Positions 41,820 through 55,400 of a DNA stretch of 64,000 bases are shown here, in pieces (positions within the stretch are counted from its first letter, which is position 1; each line of letters opens with the position of its first letter). The translations under genes and the position numbers were made by a program. The stretch comes from the human T2T-CHM13v2.0 reference genome, Homo sapiens, in the NCBI RefSeq assembly GCF_009914755.1, contig NC_060926.1. One strand, 5' to 3'. Below the pieces are notes generated by a model. It was not told the origin of the DNA. It did not search any database and worked only from the letters and a program-made list of their open reading frames with translations.

Positions 41820-42190
41820 CTCTGTTTAATTAACACCAGTTGCTGTAACAGATACACCCAGAAATCTCTGTAGTTTAACCCAATAAAAATGTAGTTTTTG
41901 CTCCTGTCATAGTCTTTTGAAAGATTTCTTTGTCAGTAGCCTTCTGTGGGAATTTTCAGGGACCCAGGTTCCTTCCACATTGTATGGTCCTCACGAGCAC
42001 TTATTAAGCACTTTGGTTTGGAAGAGGCTTCCATCACCATGGCTCACGTTCTGTGGGGAAGAAGTATACATTAACCCTACCTATATGTAAGCAGCTGGGA
42101 AATATGGTTCCTGTCTGGGAAGGCATTTACCAGCTACATCTCTATGCTGGAGAAGGAGAGCACAAATGTTGGGTGGTTGGCTAAACATCA
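41820..42190 (-). mobile_element. MLT1I/J-like MaLR LTR
   Basis: 'gttgctgtaacagatacacccagaaatctctgtagtttaacccaataaa', 'cagggacccaggttccttccac'. Confidence 0.65.
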
Positions 42191-42339
42191 CTGCATCTCT
42201 TTCCTTCTTTTGTCACCTTTTTGGAGTAGACACTCCAAGTATGTGGGTGGTAGTGATGGTAAAATCTTTTGTGACATATCAATAATATAACTTCACAAGG
42301 CCCCATTGGTGGCATGGTTATTGACATCACCAAGAAGTA

Positions 42340-43300
42340 CCCAATTTAATAAACATTTGTTAACACTCTAGTGTGTGCCAGGTTCTACTCACTGCTAAGG
42401 AAAAGATGAATGGACGTGGTCTGAAGGAAAAGTGGTGAGACAGACATATATGCATAATTAACATTAATTGAAGGTGAGATAAAAGTGCCAAAATTGAAGT
42501 ATAAATAAAAAAGGCCTTAGTGGACTGCCAAGCAGGAGGGTATTAAATCTTGTACAGTGAGCAGAGAAACCTGATCTCTAGGCAAGGTTCTTTGTTTTCC
42601 AGAAGGGACCTACTCATGTTAACTCAAGTAAAGGAGGGATTGTTGAAAGAATATGAAGATCGCAGAAAATCAAAATGCATCCAGGCCTCATGAGAAAGGG
42701 GGCCTGAGGCAGATAAACTGCTGCAGAAGCAATCTCTGGTCCCTCTTTTTACCCTCTCTGTTTCCTCTACTCTCACTCAGCCCTACATGTTGCTCATCCT
42801 AGTTTGACAGGACCTTTTGAGTCTTGTATTCAGCCCCACTTGGCCTCTCTTTCTCCTTTAGACATAAAGTTAGCAATCTAATTGGTTGCTAACTAGCTGA
42901 TGGACAGGCTAGCCTTGGGTCAGCTGTTGCTGAGGGGCGTCAGTGTGAAAATGAAGGCACCACATGGCCTATCAGGCTGCCCCTTGCAGGGGTTTTGATA
43001 GGGGCAGGTAAGTAAACTGTCTAATATAGGGGGGCAAGTTTTAATTGGCTGTTAAAAGAGGTCCTGGATTTCAACTGGGGTTAAAGGCTAGAGAACAGTT
43101 CTGACTTAGATAGAGCATGAGCAAAGACAAGAAATAAGGAAAGTTCAAGTATATTTGGGGAATGACTAGGCACCTAGAGTGTCTGGAGTATAAGATCCAC
43201 AGGACTGGTGGAGTTTAGAGTGGATTATTAAGTTATGAGGCCAGAGCTAGGGAGTTTAGAGTCTGTAGACAATGGGAAGAGCTTGAAGATGCTTACCAGG
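42340..43300 (-). mobile_element. L2 fragments interrupted by an old MLT1-like LTR (~42575-43030)
   Basis: 'aataaacatttgttaacactctagtgtgtgccagg', 'gagcatgagcaaagac...gtagacaatgggaagagc'. The inner element has 'caaggttctttgttttccagaagggacctactc'. Confidence 0.55.
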
Positions 43301-43449
43301 GAGATATACAAAAGATAAAAACCTCAATGCACACACAGTAGATGTTGGGAGTGTTCAGCATGGTTTCTTCATGGATAGCCTTTCATCCAGCATCTTAATG
43401 GTGACAAAAATCCTCTTATTAAGGAACTGGTCACTTAACAAGAGGAAAC

Positions 43450-43650
43450 ATGTATGGTAACAAGAAGGGGATCTCAAGCTTTGGAATCAGGCAGATGTGC
43501 AAATCTCAACTCTTCCACTTTCTAGCAGTATATCTTGGACAGGTTACTCAGCCTCTCTAAGCCTCAGTTTTCTCACCTGCAAAATGTGATTAATCTTCAG
43601 CCAGTTATATACTGGTATGGCATAATAACTGGAGGGGTTATGGATAAGTT
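43450..43650 (+). mobile_element. MIR (continues at ~44060-44120)
   Basis: 'ctttggaatcaggcag...cctctctaagcctcagttttctcacctgcaaaatg'. Confidence 0.85.
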
Positions 43651-43662
43651 AAGTGTCCATTA

Positions 43663-43986
<324 letters not shown>

Positions 43987-44957
43987 TCAGGGCCAGTGTT
44001 GTATTTGTTGTAGAGTATAATATTTTGCATGTCATTCCACTTTTTAGGTTTGTATTAAGTTTAATTGGCATAAAGTTCATAAAATGCTTAGCAAGTGCCT
44101 GGCACATGGTAAATAGTCATTCCACACATTTTGTTTTTTCTTATCTATTTTTCCTTGAAAATTTCAAATCTCTAATATGAAGAGAGTTTGAGTCAAGGAG
44201 CCCTTGAACTGTTTAGTCATACAATGACTTTCTAAGGCACCTAAGCAGCCCCAGGCTGGCCTTGGGTCAGCCTTTTCAGCAGACAGGGAAGGAAGCTCCT
44301 CACTGTGCTTTTAGGGATGTAAGTCTTTTCAGTAATGGCTCTTGCTCAAAATGGTGCATGTTAATGCTGTAGATGCCCAGTCATCACTCCTGCATCCTCT
44401 GATGCCTGAACCAGTTACTGCCTTCTAAAACTTGGACGTGTTCCGCATTTAGATTCCTTAGTTTTGCAGTTGACAGAGGGCAAACTCATGGTTAGGTTTT
44501 ATATAGGCGCTCATCATTACGATAATTAGCTGCCAAAGAAAGATCAGGAACATCCAGTGTCTCCTTTGTAAAGTACTTAGTATTAATTCCAGCCAAGAAA
44601 GAGAAAATGTAATAATCTGTGATAGGCCCCGGCTGCAAATAAAACAAAAATGTGGTCCTTCTAGAGCTACTCAACTTTACAGATTGAAAGGAATCCAATA
44701 ACTTTGGATTTCCAAGCATGAGGATCTTTCTAGAATATTAAATCCATTGGCTTTTGAATCCATGGTGTCGTAACCGTGACAGTTTGGGGTGAGAAATGAC
44801 CTACTGGGAACACCTGAAGCCAGTTTTTATGGAGGGATGTCTATTATTAATAGTATTACTTAGAAAGTATTGTGGTGTACTTTTTTTTTTTTTTTTTTTT
44901 TTTTTTAACCCAAAGGGGTTTGGATATTCCCATTGCTACAGCTTAAAGAATGCTGCC

Positions 44958-45411
44958 TGTGATGGTTAATATTGAATGTCAACTTGATTGAAGTATGCAA
45001 AGTATTGTTCCTGGGTGTGTCTGTGAGGGTGTTGCCAAAGGAGATTAACATTTGAGTCAGCGGACTGGGAGAGGCAGACCCACCCTCAGTCTGGGTGGGC
45101 ACCATCTAATCAGCTACCAGAGTGGCTAGAAGAAAGCAGGCAGGACAAAATCCTGCTGTGCTGGTTGCTTCCTGCCCTTGAGCATCAGACTCCAAGTTCT
45201 TCAGCTTTTGGACTCTTGGACTTACACCAGTGGTTTGCCAGGGGCTCTCAGGCCTTTGGCCACAGACTGAAGTCTGCACTGTCAGCTTCCCTACTTTTAA
45301 GGTTTTGGGACTCAGACTGATCCACCACTGGCTTCCCTGCTCCTCAACTTGCAGACAGCCCATCATGGGATCCAGTTAGTTCTGTCCCTCTACAGAACCC
45401 TGATTAATACA
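44958..45411 (+). mobile_element. MLT2A2 solo LTR with internal deletions
   Basis: TG...CA termini and a perfect 5-bp TSD 'ctgcc'. About 90 bp shorter than the copy at 16173. Confidence 0.92.
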
Positions 45412-46666
45412 CTGCCCTTGTGTGTGGCATGAGCAAGATAAAAAATTTGAAAGATACTGCAAAAATATAAGCTGCCTTTCTTGTCACCTGTGACTCTTCC
45501 TACTGCTCTTAGGGCAGAGATGAATTGAGTGAGAGAACAAAGTTCAAGGTCAGAGAGATGCAGACCTGAGGACTCCTGGTGTCCCATGCAGACCCATCAT
45601 CTTCCCTTTTTTCCTCTTTGTTTCATCTATATTTATTCTAAGTAAGAATTCTTTTTCTACTCCTTATCCCAAGCACAGAGCTCTCAGGGTCCCAAAGGTC
45701 TGTAGCATGACTTTGTTTTTCTCAAGAATTGACTCGACTGTCCCAGCACATATGAGAAAATGTAAGACAAGGGACATGCAAAGCTCTAAAGAGGATCCAG
45801 ACTGGACCAGACTGTTCCTTTATCACTCCAGTTAAAGGTTATCAGTTCCATGGTGAGGGAACTGGAGAATCATTTTCTTTTTTACATTGTAGTTTATTGT
45901 GTACACATGTGTAAAGTAAATGGAATCAAATTCTCATTACTGAATGTAGTTTAGTCATTCTTAGTAAGTCCTCTGTCTTCTTCATACTATCTCAAGTTGA
46001 GAAACAATTCAAGGATTGTTATTTGTGATTCCTGAGTCATTTACCTACCTAAGTAATTCAATGTTTTGGTGTCAAGAGTGAGAAAACCAGGCAAGACTGG
46101 TTGACAGGCTGATTGATTTGCTGGGTATATTTTGACATGAGTTTATGATTAGTACATTGAGATGACCAAAACCCACCATTTCTTGTTTCTGATTCTTCAC
46201 CTCAGTGTTGGGGTTGGGTATAGTCAAGTGCAAATGCAAGGAACATGGAAGCACTAATTCCTAATATTCAAGAACAGTGTAATCTGTAATGCAGAACTAT
46301 GCCGAAATGGCTTACAAAGCCCTTGCTCTTGAGGAGTTCCACAATGACCATTAAAGGTGCCTCTAAAATTTGTGCTGTCTCCTTTAGCTTCTCTTCTAGA
46401 AAGAAACTAAACTTTTTAATTGTGGCCTTCTAAAAAAGTTTGGAATCTTTTGTCCAATCTCTACTACTATAGTCTTGTCTGTAAATCTGGAAGAACATCA
46501 TCAAATGTCCTCTGTTTTTGCCTTTAGCTCTTTTTCCCTACAGATTCCAGATTATGTTGTTCCACTTCCACTGGAAATGTTAGTATTAGAATGCTTCCTT
46601 ATTCCACCTGCTAAAGCTGATTAAACTCTGTGATTGATTAACTGTGTGAAGTCCCACATAGTAAAC

Positions 46667-46927
46667 TTTTTTTTTTTTTTTTTTTTTTTTAAAGACAAGG
46701 CCTCACCCAGATTGGAGTGCAGTGGCATCATCATGGCTCACTGCAACCTTGAACTCCTGGACTGAAGTGATCCTCCCCCTCAGCCTTCCAAGTACTGGGA
46801 CTATCGGTGTGCACCATCATGCTTGACTAATCTTTTTTTTTTTTTTAATTTTTAGTAGAGACGAGGTCTCACTATGTTGCCCAGAGTTGTCTCAAATCCT
46901 CATGCTCAAGCAAACCTCCCACCTCAC
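46667..46927 (-). mobile_element. AluJ, 5'-truncated
   Basis: Poly(T) followed by 'gacaaggcctcac...catcatggctcactgcaaccttgaactcctgg'. Confidence 0.9.
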
Positions 46928-47048
46928 AAATTTTAAGATAGATGTGGAGGAGGTACTATCCTGAGGAATTTGAGTCAGTCAACATGATTTGCCGTTCATA
47001 AAGAATCCCTTTTCTGGTAACAATAGTTATTCTGGAAAACAATCATTT

Positions 47049-47049
47049 C

Positions 47050-47099
<50 letters not shown>

Positions 47100-47106
47100 T
47101 TTTTTT
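47049..47106. repeat. Compound (TA)n(TG)n(TA)n(T)n microsatellite
   Basis: Read directly from the sequence. Confidence 0.95.
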
Positions 47107-49172
47107 GTACAAGCCACACTACTCCCAATATATTCAGGAATTATTTGTGTGGAGACAGAAATGTTAGCTCTTAACAATGAATTTTGATTCTTACAGAATG
47201 GTAAGGAAGATTGTATGTAACACATCCTGAATTGGCAAAATATGCCAAAGACATTGGCTTTTCCATAAAAAAAGTGGGAATAAAGTCTTAATATTCTATT
47301 GATTATTGGTTGTCGCATAGTTTTTTCCAATGGCAGAATTTCTTGATTACGTTATTCTGTGTTTGGAAACAAACAGCATGTTTAAATTATATAATCCCAG
47401 GCCTCTCCATAACAATTGAGTATTATTTGCCACACACAGATTGCAAAACATTATGCTATCTGGAAAGGGTCTGTACTTACCCCATCAGCCCTAACGGGTG
47501 ATATTGTATCATTCCTACAAGGGTTTCAGTGGTCATTGGTGGGGACTGCAGGGAAGGACAGCTCCGTTCTTTCTGGAGCATCATTGTTTGACAGAGAGTG
47601 GAGGGCCAGGTGTATAAGATCACCAAGTAGTAGAAGGAGCAGCAGGCATGGGAATCACCTTAAGGGACATAAAGGGACAGGCTCTTTCCCTGTGTTGAGA
47701 CATTACATAAGTGTCTGGATTCTGTAATGCCTAAAGGAGAGGCTCCTAAAATATGACACACCGCACCATGAGAGGGGGAGCTGGTGCCAGAATTAATTTA
47801 AAGATCAGCAAATTATTGGGATACTTCTTATTCCCAAGTATTACTGAGCAAATTCATACTTACTATACAAATTAAAATTTCTTTTTTAGAGAAGCTATAC
47901 AACCTCTTGTTAGGCTAAGTATCACTGGGCATTCTCTTCCTTTTAGTTGTAAGTTTGTGCTGAAGAGTTCTTTATAAAAGATTCATTATTTCATTGTCTG
48001 TTTTTATAATTCATGAACACACTTCCATTAATTCTTATTGTAGTTTTCCAACTTTGTTAGTTCTCTTTGGACTTCCCTTTTAAAGTCGGCTTTAACAGCC
48101 CAAATTTTTGTGTTAATCTTTGTCTGTTGTTCAATAACTGGGGTCATTAATTCACTAATAGCATTGGAGAGGTGCTAAAGTTTTTCAAAACTGCAGATTG
48201 ACCTAATTAATGTCTTTTCTGAATTGTGCTAATTCCCCCATTAACCACTCTGGGGCCTCTTAAAACTCCCCAGTCTCTGCCTGACAGACATCTATTCACA
48301 AGTGTTACATGCTTCGAACAGGTTGTGATTGCCTTGATTATGAGTAAAGTAGCAGTGTTTTTAAAATGTTTGCAGAAGCATTTTTTTTGTCATTTCCTTT
48401 TCGGATTAATCATTTATAACTCTTTAACACTTTGCCAACTTTTGATTGTCTTCCACTCTGATTTCCTGTACTTCCCAAGGTCTGCCCTACTACCACCACC
48501 CAATGGCTTCTATTTGTTGGTGACTGACAGAAAAGAGGATTAAGCATAGGCCTAGATCAGAACTATTTATCCTCTTAACCACACAAATTAAAGATAGTAA
48601 TTGTTTTACAATGAGGAAAGTCTAAAGATTGGCCCCAGATTCACTGTATAGACTCTATTGTTCATTATTTAGAACCATGTATAGTAAACTCTATATAACA
48701 ATGAATTGTGCTGTCATCTCCATTCTATATCTCCATACAGCTATAGTTACATCCGGGTCCTGGAGTGGGGGTACTGACCTGACCATGAGATTATCATTTG
48801 AGTGTGCAGAATGTAAGCATCACATAAGCAGCTGTTCTGGAAGAATGATGACTTAGGCTTATTTCTGGCTAGGTGGCTTCCAAGCTACACAAGTACATAG
48901 ACACAAATGCAAACCACCATTTCTTATTTTTTAGTATTGAGCATAGTCACAAAATGTGAATTAGTTTTTATATATGACATGTTTCCCCCTACATGGGATA
49001 GTCAATTCTGCACTGACAGCTAAGGACTAAAATTAAAATGTAAAAGAAAACATATAAATCTAGTTCAACAAAAGTCAGATGCACATTTGGTGATCTATTT
49101 GATAAATCTTCTAAATTGGATGATGATCAGTAACTCCTTAGTCCCTGTTCCTTGCCCTCTTTTTCAGACCAC

Positions 49173-49809
49173 TGTATTAATCATGAGTTTCTGGTCCTTT
49201 GACATCTGAAGCCTTCCTGACCCTGAAGAGTGATCCTTTCAGAGCTAGCCAATTCCTAGAACTAGTAAATGACTGGCTTGTGAGCATGTCTTTTGAATGC
49301 AAACAAACCAATCCAGAGCCCAAATGTCCAACCACTTCCTATATTGAGCTCTCACGTTCCAGGCCACTTTTCCCCTTCCTACTTTCATCCCAAGGCCAGG
49401 TACCTACACCCCAGGGCCTGCTGAAATTATTCAAACTCACCAATCCTAAACCTGCTTACCTTGCCTTATCCATTGCTTCCTGTAGATGCCACAGTAAAGG
49501 CTCTTGTCTGTACTTTTTTGTCTTGCTCCTGCCTCCTGATCCACTCTGGTGCTTCCCCTTGTGGCGCCTGTGGCCCCTGTGTGTCTTGTGTTGTTGAAAA
49601 CCATGGAAGAAGCAAACAAAATGGTCTGAGGGGTGCCTTCTATTCAATTTCAGTTCAAGTACAGTAGTCGCCCTTGCCTGTGACTGCTTATGCATTATAA
49701 GCCTAAATCGGGACCTGTGAATATAACAGTTGTCTTTACAATGGCAGTTGTCTCCTGATCTATTTGCCTCACCATATTTGAGTAATAATAAAGCCTACAT
49801 TTTAAAATA
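49173..49809 (+). mobile_element. MER74A-type ERVL solo LTR carrying a non-LTR insertion
   Basis: 'gctagccaattcctaga...tgcaaacaaaccaatccagagccc...gctgaaattattcaaact', ending 'caatggcagttgtctcctgatct...aataataaagcctacattttaaaata'. Confidence 0.85.
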
Positions 49810-49829
49810 AGCATTTATTACCTTTAAAA

Positions 49830-50020
49830 ACAATATATAAATGATTTATCGTGTTAATTTTCACTGTCCAACTTCCTCCCTCTCTGCCCTACGTCTACTA
49901 GAATAAGTGTTTGGAGGGCAGGCATTTTTTTCTCTTTTGTTTACTGGAAAATTCTAAGGGCCTAGAATGGTGTCTGGCACATAGTATGTGCTCAGTAAGT
50001 ATGTGTTGAATTGAATTAAT
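49830..50020 (+). mobile_element. L2 3' end
   Basis: 'gcctagaatggtgtctggcacatagtatgtgctcagtaagtatgtgttgaat'. Confidence 0.85.
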
Positions 50021-50239
50021 TACTTACTTGATTTACTTTGCTATCTTTTTTCCAAAGCCACTCTGTAGAGACTTGCTGAGTAATGTCACTGTGAAGCCAG
50101 AATCAGAGCAAAAAAATGTGTAACTCGTGTTATTGACACACATGGAAGAAGCAAACAGAATGGTCTGAAGGGTGTCTTCTGTTTAATTTCAGTTCACAGT
50201 ACAGTAGTCACCCTTGCCTGTGACTGCTTATCTGTTATA

Positions 50240-50540
50240 AGCCCAGATTCTGGCTCTGACAACAGGCTAGGTAGGAATTGTGAACAAGACATGTCACTTC
50301 TGTCTCTTGGTTTGTTCATTTGTAAATTGAGGGGATAGACTAGATCAGCAAACATTTACTGTGCTAAATAATTTTCATGAATGTTTCCATTCAGTAATAC
50401 AAAGCCGATAATCACTATTATCTTCATTTTAAAAATGAAGAAACTGAGGCTCAGATAAATTACATAAATTGCCAAAGTCACAGTTTGCAAGTGAGAAATT
50501 AAGATTTCAGCACTTGAAATCTTGTATATATCCCCCCAAG
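50240..50540. mobile_element. Two MIR fragments in opposite orientation
   Basis: 'gattctggctctgac...tttgtaaattgaggggatagactagatc' (+), then 'cattttaaaaatgaagaaactgaggctcag' (-). Confidence 0.65.
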
Positions 50541-50569
50541 CTATGTTCTCTTTCTCTCTCTCTCAACTA

Positions 50570-51455
50570 TTTTTTAAATAATAATATATTCAGAAAAGTG
50601 CACAGATTATAAATGCATGCTGCAGTAAACTATCACAAAATGATTCCATGTGTGAAAACACCACTTTTATCAAGAAATTTAAAAATCACAGAAGCACTGT
50701 CTCCTGAATGCTGTCTCAATCACTCTCCCTTCCATCTTCCCCAAAGGTAACCACTAGCTTAAATTCTGAAATCAGTTTAGTTTTGCCTACTTTTGAAATT
50801 CATAAAATGTATTCCTACAGTTATATTCTTTTGTGTCTGGTTCTTTTGCTTTTTTTTTTTGGTTTGTTTGTGAAATTCACTAGTTTTGTTGCCTGTAAAT
50901 GTAGTTTGTCATTTGATTTCCCATTGTGTGACTATATTACAATATCTTTATACATTCTTCTATTGTTGAATGTCTGAGATGTTTCTAGTTTGGGTCTATT
51001 ATGACTAATGCTACTGTGAGCATTCTTTTGTACATGTGCATGTTCACTTGGGTATATACCTAGGAATGAAATTGCTGGGTCCAACAGTATCTTCAACTTT
51101 AGTCTCCTACCAGCCGTGTATGAAAGTCCCAGTTGTTTCACATGTTTATTCCAGTTGGTATTGTCAACCATTTTCCCTTTTGTGTCTTCTACTGGATAGT
51201 GGTATTTGCTTAGATTTGAATTTGCGTTTTCCTAATGACTAATGAGATAGAGCACTTTTTTTTATATTCATTAGCCATTAGAGATTCTCTTTTTCAAAGT
51301 GTATCTTCAAGTTCCTTCACCATTTTTCTACTGAATTGGCTGTATTTTTCCTACTGACTTGCAGACATCTTTGTAAATCCTGGATAGAGTTGGTTGTATG
51401 TATTATAAATATCTTTTCCCACTGCAGTACTGTTACCTTGTCACTTGGCTAGTGA
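50570..51455 (-). mobile_element. L1ME 3' end
   Basis: 'cagaaaagtgcacagattataa...caaaggtaaccacta...gggtatatacctaggaatgaaattgctgggtc'. Confidence 0.85.
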
Positions 51456-51846
51456 TGTCAATACTGAAACTAATTTTAGTGCCCCAATGTTGGGCAGACA
51501 TAAGCTGACTTAATATTTACTATTTTGTATTTTTCTGGTATATAATTACTAGGTATATCAAACTTCTCAAAGTAATTCTGAGTTGATTTCCTCAAGGTTC
51601 TTTTTTTTGGGGGGTGGGGGGAGGTGTAAAGCTTTCTTAATATGCATATGGGCTTTACAGGGACTAAAAAACACTCCTTGGGATTCAAGTTTTGCTAAAT
51701 GTAGTGAAAGAAAAGCATGTGAATTCAGTGCCTTTTAAATAGAAAGTCCTTAGCTACTAATACCAATGCTATTGCTGACCCCCATTTTACCTCTGATCTT
51801 CATCCTCATCCTGATCCTCTCTCTGTCTCTACCTCCTCAGATCCTC

Positions 51847-51881
51847 AAATTGTATTTAAATTGTATTTAAATTGTATTTAA
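51847..51881. repeat. Perfect 11-bp tandem repeat (aaattgtattt) x3
   Basis: Read directly from the sequence. Confidence 0.95.
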
Positions 51882-52349
51882 GGATAAATTGAAGGTAGGG
51901 ATTATAGTATCAAGGATGACATGAGTGCTTTAATGAAGGACGGTTTTAAATATATTGCATGGTACTTTTAAAAACTAAAAGAGCAGTTTGTTTAGGTGTA
52001 ATGTCAAATGATTTGCTTTTATCTTTCAAAATGGTAGCAATAACTCCACAGCATAGACAAGATGTGGAGATGGAAAGCTGTGCACTGTAACACTGCTGCT
52101 AGACCCAGAGGCTCTGTGGCGTCACTCCAGAGTGACATCATGCCATAGGGCTTATTGAAGGCAATCTGCTTGCACTTGCAGCGTTTGAAATTTTGGTCTA
52201 TTCATACAGATGTCCCTTATTTTATGGTGGTACAGATTGGTATGTGGTATACCAGAATATGTGTTACTTAAAGCAAAGTCTCTTCCTGCCCATGCTGTGT
52301 AGAGGCAGCTGACACGAAGAAAGGGGTACACAGTTATCTTGGTCAGTCA

Positions 52350-52489
<140 letters not shown>

Positions 52490-55400
52490 TTAGACTTGTC
52501 AATGCAACTAATGTCGTAATTTATTATCTCCATGCAGAAGCTGGTCGAAAAACCAAAATCACAGAAAGTTTTAAAGCTCAAATTACTTTAGATGATCTGC
52601 TTCAGAGATTTTAAACCTAGGATTCTTCAATAGGCTTCTGTTGATTTACTCCTGAAATTGACTCCCACAGGTCTTGTGTATGTGTGTACATGTATCTTTC
52701 TGAGGAGGGGGTCCACAGCTTTCAGAAGATTCCCAACATTTGTGATGAACTGATCAAGTTTAACACCTCCTCTTGTGCAGATGAGAAAGCTGACTGACTT
52801 AAGGTGCCACATTTAATGACTGGCAGAATCAGAACCAGATGCCATTGTTCCTGATTCCTGGACAAGCACTTCAGCCAGAACTAAAGATTACAAGGTTAAA
52901 AGTGGGAAATTGGATAGGGAGCTATCTGGCAGTCTCTATTAATGGGATTAGACTTTTTTCTATCAAAACTCACTTTCAATTATAATAAGAGGATTCAGTG
53001 GAAATATGGGATTCAATATACAAAACATTGCTTTATTTCCAAGGCATCCATTTATTTTGTAACTTGGGGGCAGTCTATAATTAGAGTTAACGGTAGTTCT
53101 GATTAATAAATTCTATCTGCTCTCATACTGTGCTAGAGTTCCTTCTGAGTGCTGGGACATGTTTTATTAACATGGAAAGGCTGTTGCAGCTCACCTCTTG
53201 TCACTTGAATCAGTTGCCTGCTGGCCTGGCACTCAGTTTTGTGTGGCAGAACCTTACTGAGCCTGAATGATAATGGACCTTTTAAATCCTAAGCAATAAA
53301 CATTCATTTTACCACTCCACCCAGCACAGAAATGCTCTCTAACCTCAAATCAGCCACAAATAAGACTTGGAAATCAATTCATTGTGCATAGGCTTCCTGC
53401 CTGCTTCATGTTTTGCAGCAAATAATTTTAGCAAAGTGTCTGCTGAGCATGTGTGTTTTGAGTATGCAAAAGTTGAGATATTATGTATAATGGGGTATTC
53501 AACCCTTTTGTGACATTTCTGTTTTTATCCATAGAACACATTCTATTGAGCAAAGCTAATTTTTATGCGTTGGTAACTAGAATGAGAAAGGCTCTAAGTG
53601 GGTTTCAGGGGAGGAAAAATCCCTCAAATTCCCACTTTAGTGATTCTCCCTAAGTTTTGGGGGGAATTCTCAGCATCCCAAAGTCCTCTGGTTATTTCAA
53701 AAATTACATTTCATAGAAAATCAATTTATTATATTTGTGCTTGTCACATTCATTAGAATATTCTCATGCATAAGATATCAGTTGCTGGAAGAGCCTGTAG
53801 GAGTGCATTTAGCCCTGAAGAGGAATATCTTGTTAGGTTGAGACAGAAGATCAAATGGATATGTCTCAAATTCCCTTCTGCTGGGGTTTGAAGTTTGAGG
53901 CAGACTTTCTTCCTCATATCTCGTAGGTCAGAGTTCCTCTAGAGTTCCTCCAGAGTTCCATTATTTCATCATGCTCTGGTGCTCCTGGGAGCTTCCAATT
54001 TCTCAAAATTCATGAGAACTCAAGGCCAGAAGGAGCAAGTCACAAATGTTTTCAGTTAGAGGACCACTCAGGGAGGCAAAGAACCCTGTCCCAACTAATG
54101 CTACTGGAATCACTCCCCCTCTCCCTCCACCACCCCAAAAGTACTGCAATTAGTGGCAAAACTGATGCTGCTTTTGGGAATTTCAAGGAGCTGATGTGTG
54201 TTTTTCATTAACATAAGAAAATTAGTAACTGATGCCAGAAACTGAAGCACTGGCTCTCTTAAACTACAATATAAACCTGAATGTGCAGAAGACCAACCCA
54301 AGACAACATGAGGGTCCTCTTGGGCCACACTCAGATGGATGTCTTGAAGTAGGGATGTGTGGGGCAGCCACAGAAGATCAACTAAACTCTTCAATGATAT
54401 TCATTTATTCTCTCTTTCTCTCCACACATTTGCTTTCCAGTAAGGTTTTCCCCTCATTTTAATCATACATTCTGATTAAAAATGGGGACCTCTCCAACTT
54501 CATTGTATGCCTTTTATTTTATGTTTCAAGCACTCATCTTGAAAAAAGAGAGAGCATGTGCCAAGGCTATTGTAAGGTACTGATTCTATTTTAAAATCAC
54601 TGCAGTGTATTTGAGATAGAGGCATGATACGATGATCTCCCTTATTGCAGTCATGATTAAACATAATGAGTAGGATCAGCCTGCAAGCTTATCACTATTC
54701 TATGTTGTAAAATTGCCCAAGAGTAAAATGCAAATACAAACAAGGAGTTTTAATGAGCCAATGTAATAAAAGATCCAGGCAACAGGAAACTGGTGGCTGT
54801 GCTTTGTTTCGCCCCTTCCCAATGGGTGGCTTGAATCAGCCTCCTTTAGAGCAAGTCTGAGTTGGGTCAAGTCAGTTTCAAATATAAAATTTAACATATT
54901 GCAGGTTAGCTCTAAACAGTATTATTCATTTACAAAGAACATTTTCTCATTTTCATTCACGTGAGAGAGATAACACTGAACTCTCCTGCAAGATACAAAA
55001 AGAAGCAAGGACAATTTCCTCAAAATACCTTTTCTTAGGTGAGTTAGTGTAAATATTTTGGCCATTTTAATTGACTATACCTGATAGTGCTGGGTTAAGA
55101 AAAAGGTCATTAGGGATCATTAGAACTAGAATTCTCTACCATTCTATAATCATGCTCTAATTGAGGTATATACTAAGTCATCATCACAAACTAAAGTTTA
55201 TGTTTTAACAATAGAAATAATCTAATGGTCAGATTGGAATTCATTTCAACTGTATCTGTGCAGCACAGCAAAGGCCCTTTGGCTTTCTTCTCCTTGAATC
55301 TACATATTTCTGCCTGCATATAAATATTCTAAAAGTACCAAAGATAGACCCCCATAAATAAAGCATTTAGGTTAATTCTAGCACACGATGAGTTTTCCTT

